Source of the DNA: Cupriavidus necator
Lineage (GTDB): Bacteria; Pseudomonadota; Gammaproteobacteria; Burkholderiales; Burkholderiaceae
Reading direction: 5' to 3'
NCBI RefSeq assembly: GCF_016127575.1
Contig: NZ_CP066018.1
Coordinates: forward strand, 3,360,001 to 3,392,000
Length of the DNA: 32,000 nt
This document shows positions 1 to 10,097 of this stretch, piece after piece. A program made the translations under genes and the position numbers. The notes under the pieces were generated by a model. That model ran no database searches. It was not told the DNA's origin and saw nothing but the letters and a program-made list of their open reading frames with translations. The first letter of the stretch is position 1. Every line of letters starts with the position of its first letter.

Positions 1-138
1 CGAGGGCGCATTGCCGCGGGCGGCGCCTTCGCCTGACCGGAATGCCATCCGGCCGGCCGCTCGCCAAGCCGGTGTTGCCTGAACGTGGGCCGCACCCGCC
101 GGCCGCACCATCGGCCGGGCCCATGACGAGGAGCGCCA

Positions 139-736
139 ATGAAGGTATTGCTGCGAGCCGTGCTGTTTTTTGATGCCCTGGTGGATTTGATGCTGGGCAT
201 CCTGCTGTTGATGTCCCCGTTCACCACGCTGTATGCGGCGCTGCAGTTGCCGCAGCCGCAACCGGCCCTGTTCGGGCAGCTGCTGGGCGTGGCACTGGTC
301 GGCCTGGCCGCGCTGTTGTGGCAGGCAACGTTCAACGGCCAGCTGACGGTGCCAGTGGCGCGCACGGCCGGCTATGTGAACCTGGCCAGCGCAGTGCTGA
401 TCATTGCCTGGATGGTGTTCATGGAACTGCCGCTGGTCGGCGCGGGCAAGATCTGGCTGCCGGTGATGGCAGTGGTGCTGGCGTTTTTTGCGCTGGTGCA
501 GATTCCCGCTTCCAGGCGCGTGCGCAACCGCGAAAGGCAGCTGAAGGCCGAGCGTGCGCTGCAGGAACAGGAACACAAGAAGGAAGTCCGCAAGGAACCC
601 GGCGTCGCCCCCGCGGCGCGCCCAACGAATACCCCAGAATACCGGCGCGAGCCGGTCATCACGCCGCCGCCGGGCTATGGCCCCGGCACGGAAGTCGTGA
701 CCGAGCCCATCCCGGAAGACACGCCATCGGCCCATC

Positions 737-762
<26 letters not shown>
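139..762 (+). CDS. hypothetical integral membrane protein (about 4 hydrophobic helices, Pro/Glu-rich C-terminal tail)
   Basis: ATG at 139 has GAGGAG 6 nt upstream. The N-terminal ~130 aa are hydrophobic and GC3 is high. The 3' end overlaps the guaA start by 26 nt. Confidence 0.6.
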
Positions 763-2356
<1,594 letters not shown>

Positions 2357-2711
2357 AATCGGGTTCTTCGGTGACTATCGCCGGCCAGCGGAACAGGTTG
2401 GCGGTAGAACCCCAGGGCCGGATTGAAGCCCTCCCGTTCAGATGCCGCTGCGGCCGGGGTCAAGCGCGAGGATATTGAGCGTGATCGGTCAAGCCCCCAA
2501 GGCGCGTGCAAAGATCTCTGACTACCTCTCAAAGCGGTATCTGGATATCTTCCAGGCGTAGTCCAGCACGTCGCGGGTCATCACGGCATAGGGCGTCCCG
2601 CGGCGCTACCCTGTCGGGGACGCATGTCACGCAAAACACCTCTGCGAGCGGCTTGCCGTTGACTTCGAGGGGGTCCTGGGCGTTTGCCACCGATGACAGC
2701 TTCAGGCCACC

Positions 2712-4499
2712 CTAAGCAGGTTCCCATGTCTGGCCCAGTGACCGGACGCACTCATCCACGCTCAGTTCATGCAGTGACTCGCGCGGCAGCGTTTCGCTGG
2801 CCGCGCGTGTCAGGACAGCCAGCACGGGCGGCTTAAGCCGCACCAGCAGCAGGCGCTGGCCTTTGGCGGCCACCTCGGACGCGAAAGTATGCAGCGCCTC
2901 GATCGTCGAGCCATCGATGTCCGGCGTCTCCTCCATGCTGAAAACAAGCGTATGGAGCCCCGGCCCGGCTGCCTCGTGCAGGTGTCGCGCCCTGGCCAGC
3001 ATGCGTTCCGCATTGGCGAAGAACATCGGCGCTTCCGGCCGAACGATCAGCACGCCCGACAGAGTCCGGGCTTCAGGGTGAGCCGCGATGTCAACGTAGT
3101 CGTGGCTAGAGCCAAGGCGCCCCAATTCGCTGACTCTTGGTTCGGAGAAGCTACGCAGTGTCAGCATCAGGCTGATCCCGATTGCCACCAGCAGTCCGTC
3201 GAGCACGCCAAGCAGGACCACGGCGACACATGCGGCAACCACCAGCAGCCGGTCGCGGCGCCATGTCCAGTAGGGCCTGAATGCATCGAGACGCAACGTA
3301 TGGCTCACGGCATGTATCACGATGGCCGCGAGCACGGGCTCGGGCGTGCGTGCAAGCTGCGGCAGCAGCGCGGCAACAATCAGCGCGATGACTGCTGCGG
3401 CGCACCAACCCGCCAGGCGAGACTGTGCTCCGGCTGCTTCATTTGCAGACGTGGCGGAATAGCCCGCCCCGACTGCCATGCCATGTAGCAAACCGGAGCC
3501 AATATTGGCCAGACCTAGTGCGACCAGGTCGCGGTTGGGTGAGGTCACATCACCGTACTTGAGCGCAAAGCTGCGGATCGAGCCGTACGATTCCGCATAC
3601 AGGATCAGCACCAGCGCGAAGGCGAGCTCGCCAACGCGCAACCACTGTATGCGCTGCAGGTCGGGCAGGCCGATGGTGACATTTGCCAGATCAATCGTGC
3701 CCACTTCGGCAATGCCGTAGTGCGACAGATCGGTGGCATAGGCTGCTGTGATGCCCAGCACGATCACCACCAGCGGTCCCGGCACCCGCCGCAAGCGCGC
3801 CAGCGCGAACAACAAAGCCAGCGCCGCCAGGCACGCGGCGAGCGCATTGAGGTTCCAACCCGCCGATTCGTGCAGGAACTGGTAAGTGAAACGTGGCAGG
3901 TCGCTGTGCGTCGGGTGGATCCCGGCGATGCTCGAAATTTGCCTGAGAATGATAATGACCGCTAGTCCGAATGTGAAGCCGCGCAGCACCGGCTTGGCAA
4001 TGAAGTCGGTAATGCCGCCCAAACGCGCTATGCCCGCCAGCACCAGGAAGACACCGGCCAGCGTCACGAACCCGGCGGCGAGCGCCAGGCGCAGCGCGGC
4101 ATCGGCACCGCTAGTCGACAGCGTGGCCGCGGCCAGCACCGCAGCAGAAGATGAGGTGGCCGACACCACCGCGAAGCGGCTCGTGCCCACAATGCCGTAT
4201 ATCACCAGCCCGACTAGCAGGCCGACCAAGCCAGCTTGCGCAGGCAGATTGGCGATGCCGGCGTATGCAACGGCTTCCGGCAAAAGCAGACCGGCAATAG
4301 AGCAGCCGGCGATCACATCTCGCCCGAGCCGTTGGCTTCGTGTCAGCGCCACGTCATTGGCCCTGCCGGTATCCGGCGGGGTGGACGAACCGGGGGCATC
4401 AGACGCAGGACACATAGTCGATGTAGTTCGGGCGATCGGCGGTCCGCTTATTCTGCCACTGATAGATGCCATCGAAATGACTTCGGCGTCGTTGCACAC
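2712..4499 (-). CDS. SulP-family anion transporter with C-terminal STAS domain
   Basis: Polytopic hydrophobic core with the SulP-like N-terminal motif (LLLPEAVAYAGIANLP). The C-terminal STAS-like region includes VLIVRPEAPMFFANAE...IDGSTIEAL. The start is uncertain: GTG 4499, ATG 4472 or ATG 4415. Confidence 0.85.
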   Translation of the reverse strand: MCNDAEVISMASISGRISGPPIARTTSTMCPASDAPGSSTPPDTGRANDVALTRSQRLGRDVIAGCSIAGLLLPEAVAYAGIANLPAQAGLVGLLVGLVIYGIVGTSRFAVVSATSSSAAVLAAATLSTSGADAALRLALAAGFVTLAGVFLVLAGIARLGGITDFIAKPVLRGFTFGLAVIIILRQISSIAGIHPTHSDLPRFTYQFLHESAGWNLNALAACLAALALLFALARLRRVPGPLVVIVLGITAAYATDLSHYGIAEVGTIDLANVTIGLPDLQRIQWLRVGELAFALVLILYAESYGSIRSFALKYGDVTSPNRDLVALGLANIGSGLLHGMAVGAGYSATSANEAAGAQSRLAGWCAAAVIALIVAALLPQLARTPEPVLAAIVIHAVSHTLRLDAFRPYWTWRRDRLLVVAACVAVVLLGVLDGLLVAIGISLMLTLRSFSEPRVSELGRLGSSHDYVDIAAHPEARTLSGVLIVRPEAPMFFANAERMLARARHLHEAAGPGLHTLVFSMEETPDIDGSTIEALHTFASEVAAKGQRLLLVRLKPPVLAVLTRAASETLPRESLHELSVDECVRSLGQTWEPA

Positions 4500-4644
4500 G
4501 GAGCGCCCTTATGGCGACCCCGCCCCAACGATGCTCGCCAGCCAATCGAACTTGGTCCTTCCGTCCACAGAAGTTGTGAGTGCAAGCATCACGTCTGAAG
4601 ACTTGAACGTCCCATCCCTTTGGCTTGCTGACGAGGAACGCCAC

Positions 4645-5047
4645 ATGCATTCAATCCTATTCCACCAGGCAATGGCACTGACCTTGGCGGCGACCGCCAT
4701 GGCCCTGTGCCATGCGCAGGAATTGCCGCTCCAGGCACCGCGCAGATCCGCGAATCGGCCGGGATCCTTTATGTTTCCGGTGGCGTCGGCACGGAAGACG
4801 TGGCGCGCATGAAAAAAACTGGCGCCGCGCTTTAATGCCAGAATCCGCTTCCAGGACAATGCCACTGGGCGTGGATGCCCGCGCCCGGCGTCCGGGTCGT
4901 CAACCGCAACCACACGTGGCCCGCCTGCGCTTCGTCGAGGCGGTTCTTCTCTGCTTCGTTGCTCATGGCGATTCTCATCTCGCAAGGTGGCGGGCGCCAG
5001 GTGCGTACCGGGCAGCCATCTTATGGGACTCTTGCTTGCATACGTGA
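4645..5047 (+). pseudogene. decayed paralog of the CarboxypepD_reg-like secreted proteins at 6156-6722 and 25927-26406
   Basis: ATG 4645 has GAGGAA 6 nt upstream and an intact signal peptide (MHSILFHQAMALTLAATAMALCHAQ). Homology to the intact paralogs then hops between frames. SAGILYVSGGVGTEDVARMKK is in frame 0, LAPRFNARIRFQDNATGRG in frame 1, PGVRVVNRNH in frame 0 and APGAYRAAILWD in frame 2. The 3' part is cut off where the low-GC DoxX block starts (~5021). Confidence 0.5.
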
Positions 5048-5437
5048 CGATTCAATGGCGAATACCACCAGCATGCCGCCCAGGATTGAGACATTCTTCA
5101 GAATGTGGTTAAGCTGATTCATGAAGTCTGCGGGATCGGCGCGCCAGAAGCCATGGAAGATGATGGTGGTGGGTACCAGGAACAGTGCAAGAAGCAGCGC
5201 GCCCAAGCGTGCGCTCCAGCCCGAGATCAAAGTCAGTCCACCACCAATTTCAACTGCGATGGTTAGCACCAGCAGCAAATCCGGGCTCGGCAGTTCAGCG
5301 CTGGCAATCCACGCAGAATAGGCCGCGAAGCTGCCAATCTTCAGGAGTCCGGAAAATAAAAAAAGAGAGCCGAGAAGCGCACGACCGACAGAGTACGTTC
5401 GTGAAACGACCGTGGGCGCGAGTGACATAGTGGTCAT
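5021..5437 (-). CDS. DoxX-family membrane protein
   Basis: Four hydrophobic helices with DoxX-like text (LLGSLFLFSGLLK ... EIGGGLTLISGW ... LLLALFLVPTTIIFHGFW). ATG 5437 is preceded by GGAGA. Codon usage is atypical, with low GC3. Confidence 0.8.
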   Translation of the reverse strand: MTTMSLAPTVVSRTYSVGRALLGSLFLFSGLLKIGSFAAYSAWIASAELPSPDLLLVLTIAVEIGGGLTLISGWSARLGALLLALFLVPTTIIFHGFWRADPADFMNQLNHILKNVSILGGMLVVFAIESSRMQARVP

Positions 5438-5485
5438 GACCATCTCCAAAACGAAGAGCGGTTGCAGCCAAGAGCCAGTCCCCAA

Positions 5486-5972
5486 TTAGGAGTCCCGCTC
5501 CTTTTCCTTGCCGGTGCCGTCATCCCAAGGGCGGACCACCTTGGCCGAGCGTGGCGAGCCGCCCGAGATAATCCGTGCAGCGGCCGCTGACGGGCGAAGG
5601 ATCGAACGGACGATTTTCCGGTAGCGGTGCGCCACCTTCATGAGTGCCGGGAGCTTGATCCGCTTCACGGTGCGGACGTTCAGTGCTCCCTGCACGCCGG
5701 ATGGCCGCGATCAGCATGTGGCTCCGCGCCGCCAGCAAAGTCTCCTCAAATCGCGCCATTGCCTCTGACAGCAGATTCAACTCGACCTGGCTCTTGGCGT
5801 CGTCCGCCTTGCAAGCATCAATCTCGGTGTAGATGCGCTTGCCGAGCTCACGCACGAGAACAGGATCGAGCTGTCCTTGAGATGCTGCGTGACTCAGGTG
5901 AAACAGCAGGGTGATCAATCCGTTCGGAGTGGAACGGGGTGGCGAAGCTGTGCTCATTTGTTGCCCCAACAT
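5486..5972 (-). pseudogene. hypothetical helical protein with an apparent frame discontinuity near 5690-5700
   Basis: ATG 5972 has GGAGA 5 nt upstream. The N-terminal ~90 codons read well in the frame of ORF 5520..5993. Downstream of ~5695, high GC3 moves to the frame of ORF 5486..5695 (basic tail ...VKRIKLPALMKVAHRYRKIV...). The original frame becomes low-GC3, low-complexity text. Confidence 0.35.
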
Positions 5973-6155
5973 TGCAGTCTCCACATTTGGCAAGCCACTG
6001 GCTATAGGATCTGGAAAATCCCGGAGTTTTGGCTACATCAAAGAAAAGATTGACAGGCCATTGGCCCGCAACGATGCGTGCCGGCTTCGTATGCGTTTGG
6101 CTGTCACGACACGTGCGCCGCCTTGCAGCCGGTGCCCTTCGCAATGAGGCCTTTC

Positions 6156-6722
6156 TTATGTGGGAGTCGGGTACTGGGGCGTTCGTGTCCGTGCGTGCAG
6201 CCAGTCTCGTTCCAGGTGGATCAGGTTGAAAAGAAATGTGAGGTCCATCGGCTCGGCTTCGGCCGTAATCCATTGCTCGTGATCGACGTCTTGATAAATC
6301 AGCGTCAGGTAATAGCGGCCGTGAGGCAGTTTGAGGTAGACCAGGGGACCGTCCGAGACCAGCCGTAGCAGGCGGTTGCCCTGTTCGTTGACCAGGATCA
6401 GTGTGACGCCAGAAACGGGGTTGCCTTCTGAAGGATCCTGGAAGCTGAGCCGCACATTGAATTGGCCGGCGATAGCCTGCATTTGCCGCAAGCCTTCGCG
6501 CCCCATCCCGCCCGAGACATACCGGACGCCAGCGGATTGGTGGATTTCCGGCGGCGTTGGATGCGTTGCGAGGATCTGCGCGTGGAGAAGCGGTGCGGTA
6601 CCAAGGAGCAGCGCGGCGGCAGCTGCACGCTCAACCTTGCTGGCGCGCATTGCAAGTGATCGATGGTGGCTAACGGGAGCCTGGAGGTTTTCCTCGTGTC
6701 CACGCTGCAGCTTCGCGGTCAT
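6156..6722 (-). CDS. secreted CarboxypepD_reg-like (beta-sandwich) domain protein, paralog family member 1
   Basis: ATG 6722 is preceded by AAAGGAGGA and a hydrophobic signal-like segment ends in LLHAQ. The conserved YVSGG block and a G-x-V-x-L ... G-x-Y-x-L pattern are typical of carboxypeptidase regulatory-like domains. It is clearly paralogous to 25927-26406. Confidence 0.7.
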   Translation of the reverse strand: MTAKLQRGHEENLQAPVSHHRSLAMRASKVERAAAAALLLGTAPLLHAQILATHPTPPEIHQSAGVRYVSGGMGREGLRQMQAIAGQFNVRLSFQDPSEGNPVSGVTLILVNEQGNRLLRLVSDGPLVYLKLPHGRYYLTLIYQDVDHEQWITAEAEPMDLTFLFNLIHLERDWLHARTRTPQYPTPT

Positions 6723-7069
6723 GACAATCCTCCTTTGCGGCGCGCAAAATATCGCCCGTCTATTTTGAAGCGTAGGTCGCATGCGCACTGTCCCATTGAT
6801 GCATCGCAAACGAGATACCAAATACATTCAGCCGCCTTCCCCTGGGAGCAGTACTCGGTGGCGAACTCGCGGATCGCGCCGTCAGAGGTTTGTCCTGAGC
6901 CCATGTAACCGGCGATCGTGGCGGCATTGCCGGAACGGGCAATGCGCACGGACGAGTGCGTGTGCGCACACCCGGCCGTATTGCCTGAGCATGCGGTATC
7001 CCAGTTCTCGATGACCGCCGACAGCTTCATGTCGCGCACTGGCGTATATAGAAGTGGTGTCCCCTCCAT
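6719..7069 (-). CDS. hypothetical Cys-containing small protein (8 Cys, no signal peptide)
   Basis: This is the only ORF with coding-like GC3 between the ATPase and the downstream gene. Its TGA overlaps the ATG of 6156-6722 (ATGA), which suggests translational coupling. The start is uncertain (7069 or ATG 7030). Confidence 0.45.
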   Translation of the reverse strand: MEGTPLLYTPVRDMKLSAVIENWDTACSGNTAGCAHTHSSVRIARSGNAATIAGYMGSGQTSDGAIREFATEYCSQGKAAECIWYLVCDASMGQCACDLRFKIDGRYFARRKGGLS

Positions 7070-7158
7070 GCCCTATTGGCTTCTGTGGGAAGAGCGGCGC
7101 CTGTGCTCCGTGGCCAACGGGGTGATGGAATTCTGAGTTGGCGAGCACCGGTCTCCCG

Positions 7159-9873
7159 CTACAGCTTGCACCGCCGGCTCCACCATTTGTCCAGCTCCAC
7201 TGCAATCGTCAATGTGAGCGCGAGCGACAACAGTCCAGCCCACGTCGTAGCCGACACAGGTGTGAGACCGAGCGTGTCGCTTAGCCCGGGTATGTACATG
7301 GCAGCGATATGGAGTAACTGGGCAGCCAGTACGCTGACCACCAGCATCGGATTGGCGAAGACCCCCTGTCGGAATACGGAGTGGCGCTCTGAACGGCTAC
7401 TAAACGTCTGCAAGTTCTCAAACAGCACAAACAGCAGCAGCAATTGGTTGCGTGCCTCGTTTAGGGGATAGCCGCGGTCGAGCAGCCAGTAGAAAGTTGC
7501 AAATCCCCCTACGCCCATGACAAGAGTCGAATAGCAGATGCGGCGGATCATTACGCGGTCAAAGATCGGCTCCCGGGGCTTGCGCGCCGGATATGACAGT
7601 TCGTCGCCTTCCGCATGCTCGGTAGCCAGAGCCACATCCTGGATGCCATTGGTCACGAGGTTGAGCCACAGCAGCTGCACCGGCAGCAATGGCATTGGCA
7701 GGCCCAGGGGAATCGCCAGCAGAAACAGAACCATTTCGGCCGCGCCCGTGGAAACCACCATGAAGATGACTTTGCGAATGTTCGCGTACGCCACCCTGCC
7801 TTCATTTATGCCGTTGACGATGGACGCAAAGTTGTCATCGGTGAGGACTATGTCTGCGCTTTCCTTCGCTACTTCAGTTCCCTTTCGGCCCATGGCCACA
7901 CCGACGTGTGCGTGCTTGAGCGCAGGAGCGTCGTTGACGCCGTCGCCGGTGACCGCCACGAAATGGCCGGTTCTTGCCAGCGACAGGACAATGGACAGCT
8001 TCTGATCCGGACTGACGCGGGCGTAGATGCGCGCACGGCGGGTCAGTTGGTCGAGTCCGTGCGGCCCCTTGCTCTCGGCCTGGCGCACCTGCTCGCCCGT
8101 CACGACCTGGTCCGTGGTAAAGCGCAGCCCCGCCTGCGCGCCAATTGCGCTGGCTGTCAACGGATCGTCGCCAGTCACCATCGCCACGTCGATGCCGGCG
8201 CTGTAGCAGCGTCGGATAGCGTCCGGGACCTCCGGGCGAACCGGATCCTTCATGCCTGCCATTCCCAGAAAGGTCAGGTTGACCAGGTGCCCGTGTCCGT
8301 AGGACCCGTCCGGCTCCGCATCAATCGTGCCTTCTGCGAACGCCAGCACGCGTAGTCCTTGCGCGGCCAGCGCTGCCTTTTCCCGAAGCAGTCCTTCGCG
8401 CCGGATCGGCACGGCATGGCCGCGAACGTCCGCCTGGTCGCACATGGCAATCAGAGTCTCGGGCGCTCCCTTGACGAACACGCGGATCGTCTCTTCGTGC
8501 CGGTGGAACGAGGCCGCGTACCGCAGGTCTGGCTCATACGGGATACGGGCCACCAAGGGGTACCGCTGTCGGATCTCATTGGCTACGGTGCCCCCCTTGT
8601 GCGCTGCGGCCAGCAGCGCCACGTCCACGCTGTCCCCGGTGCCAGTCCAGCCATCACGCTCCCTGGATAGTTGGGCCTCGTTTGGCAGCGCCGCGGCCCT
8701 TAGCAGGGCCGCTACCCGCGTTCTCGCGTCATGGTCGGTGGTGCCGGCGGCGCGGATCGTGCAGTTGTCCAGATCGTGTCCGACGTCGCAGCAAAACGCC
8801 GTGCCGTCGGGAAGCCGGATATCGGTGACGACAAGCTCGTTCATGGTCAGGGTGCCGGTCTTGTCGGTGGCGATCATCGTGCAGGATCCAAGCGACTCCA
8901 CGGCGGGCATTTTGCGCACGATCACATGGGCCTTCGCCATCCGCCGCATGCTGATCGCCAGCGCCACCGAAATGGCGACGGGCAGTCCTTCGGGGATCGC
9001 GCTTACCGCCAGTCCGACCGACATCATGAACAGTTCGCGCAATGCCATGCCGCGCAGCATACCCACCAACACCAGCAACGCCACAGCCACGCCTACCGCC
9101 ACCGCGATCAGTCGGGAAAAACGCTGGAGCCTGAGAATCAAAGGTGGCTGCGAGATGGATTCGCGGCCCAGTTCCCGCGCAATCCGGCCAATTTGCGTGG
9201 CAGCGCCAGTTGCCACGACGATGCCGTGGCCCCTGCCGCGGAGCACCACCGTGCCGGCGAAGGTCAGGCACTGGCGGGCGCTCGCTGGGGCGTTGCTGGC
9301 ATCACATGCTGAGAGCTTGCGCACCGGCAGCGATTCGCCAGTCAGCAGGGATTCATCGCACTGCAGGTCAATGGCGGAGGTCAGTTCCAGGTCGGCCGGC
9401 ACTCGGTTGCCGGCTTCCAGCACCACCAGGTCGCCCGGTACCAGCGTACTTGCATCGATCTCCTGCTGGATGCCGTCCCGGATCACCGTGGCACGGGGCT
9501 GCTCCATCCTGCGCAGCGCCACGGCCGCCTTGTCGGCCGTATGCTCCTGTGCGGTGCCGATGACGCCGTTAATCAGCAGTACTGCCCCGATGAACAGTGC
9601 ATCCTTCAGGTCACCCAACGCGAGCGACACCGCTGCCGCGGCCAGGAGAATGTAAATAAGCGGACTGAGGAACTGGCGCAGAAACACCGCGGCCACCGAC
9701 CTAGGGGCCGCCTGAGGCAGCACATTGCGGCCCACCTCGGCCAGCCGCGCATTAGCCTGCGCGGTGGTCAGGCCGGGTGGGACATGTCCCGGATCGACGC
9801 GATCCCGGGTGCCGGAATGTTCTTCGTGAGATCGGGGGCGATCCGTTTGCAACGCGCTGGAGCGATTTTGCAT
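7159..9873 (-). CDS. P2-type cation-transporting P-type ATPase (Ca2+/Mg2+-ATPase-like)
   Basis: Motifs DKTGTLT, PEGLP, MVTGD and TGDGVNDAPAL are present. There is an N-terminal Cation_ATPase_N-like segment (GLTTAQANARLAEVGRNVLPQ) and 10 TM-type hydrophobic blocks. ATG 9873 is preferred over ATG 9987 because the longer form would start inside the promoter/FNR-box region. Confidence 0.92.
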   Translation of the reverse strand: MQNRSSALQTDRPRSHEEHSGTRDRVDPGHVPPGLTTAQANARLAEVGRNVLPQAAPRSVAAVFLRQFLSPLIYILLAAAAVSLALGDLKDALFIGAVLLINGVIGTAQEHTADKAAVALRRMEQPRATVIRDGIQQEIDASTLVPGDLVVLEAGNRVPADLELTSAIDLQCDESLLTGESLPVRKLSACDASNAPASARQCLTFAGTVVLRGRGHGIVVATGAATQIGRIARELGRESISQPPLILRLQRFSRLIAVAVGVAVALLVLVGMLRGMALRELFMMSVGLAVSAIPEGLPVAISVALAISMRRMAKAHVIVRKMPAVESLGSCTMIATDKTGTLTMNELVVTDIRLPDGTAFCCDVGHDLDNCTIRAAGTTDHDARTRVAALLRAAALPNEAQLSRERDGWTGTGDSVDVALLAAAHKGGTVANEIRQRYPLVARIPYEPDLRYAASFHRHEETIRVFVKGAPETLIAMCDQADVRGHAVPIRREGLLREKAALAAQGLRVLAFAEGTIDAEPDGSYGHGHLVNLTFLGMAGMKDPVRPEVPDAIRRCYSAGIDVAMVTGDDPLTASAIGAQAGLRFTTDQVVTGEQVRQAESKGPHGLDQLTRRARIYARVSPDQKLSIVLSLARTGHFVAVTGDGVNDAPALKHAHVGVAMGRKGTEVAKESADIVLTDDNFASIVNGINEGRVAYANIRKVIFMVVSTGAAEMVLFLLAIPLGLPMPLLPVQLLWLNLVTNGIQDVALATEHAEGDELSYPARKPREPIFDRVMIRRICYSTLVMGVGGFATFYWLLDRGYPLNEARNQLLLLFVLFENLQTFSSRSERHSVFRQGVFANPMLVVSVLAAQLLHIAAMYIPGLSDTLGLTPVSATTWAGLLSLALTLTIAVELDKWWSRRCKL

Positions 9874-9989
9874 GAGGTTTCCCAAGGTATGCCGGGCGCG
9901 GAGCCACGCGTGCACACCCTGGGCGTACGCCACGTGCGGCGGGCGGGTCCGGACACTGTTCAAGCGTAGGTACTCGCGTTTCCGCATGA

Positions 9990-10003
9990 TTGATCCGGAT
10001 CAA
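9990..10003. promoter_or_regulatory. perfect FNR/Anr box TTGATCCGGATCAA in a divergent promoter region
   Basis: 10/10 match to TTGAT-N4-ATCAA. A -10-like TAGACT (10025-10030) lies on the + side. A TACGCT (complement of 9963-9968) lies on the - side. Both sit about 21-22 nt from the box edge, which is class II geometry. Confidence 0.75.
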
Positions 10004-10097
10004 CCACCACCCGGTTCCCCCTCCTAGACTGGCTGTATCGGCCAGCGGCACCCGTGGCGGGGCCAACGGCCTTGCGCAAGCGTCAAAGGACACCAGC

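Noticed and set aside
2357-2711. Short minus-strand ORF fragments (e.g. ...LEVNGKPLAEVF..., ...GTPYAVMTRDVLDYAWKISRYRFER) that might be remnants of an integrase or other island-border gene
   Set aside because: I could not match them to any family by eye, and the frames are broken every 30-60 codons. They are kept only as context for the guaA attachment-site hypothesis. TBLASTX would decide.
3886-4812. 308-aa plus-strand ORF overlapping the SulP gene
   Set aside because: Most of it is antisense to the SulP transporter and reads as Ala/Ser/Pro-rich filler. Only its last ~55 codons (from ATG 4645) look real; they are treated as the 5' end of the decayed paralog.
4509-4985. 158-aa minus-strand ORF between the SulP gene and DoxX
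   Set aside because: It has no SD and no recognisable sequence. The opposite strand shows clear, though frame-shifted, homology to two intact paralogs.
6036-6058. ATCAA-N8-TTGAC arrangement (catcaaagaaaagattgac) upstream of the frame-broken ORF
   Set aside because: The half-sites are in the inverted order and at the wrong spacing for an FNR/CRP-type site, so this is probably chance in an AT-richer stretch.
8327-9655. 442-aa plus-strand ORF, plus other 100-250 aa ORFs inside the P-type ATPase gene
   Set aside because: They are antisense or out-of-frame shadow ORFs with Ser/Ala/Arg-rich text. The minus-strand frame carries all the P-type ATPase signature motifs.
9874-10097. Long N-terminal extensions of the ATPase (ATG 9987) and the MBL hydrolase (TTG 9990)
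   Set aside because: The two starts would be 2 nt apart, back to back, and would place the perfect FNR box and both -10-like hexamers inside coding sequence. The extensions are non-conserved-looking Arg/Pro-rich text. Internal ATGs with SD-like sequences give normal N-termini.
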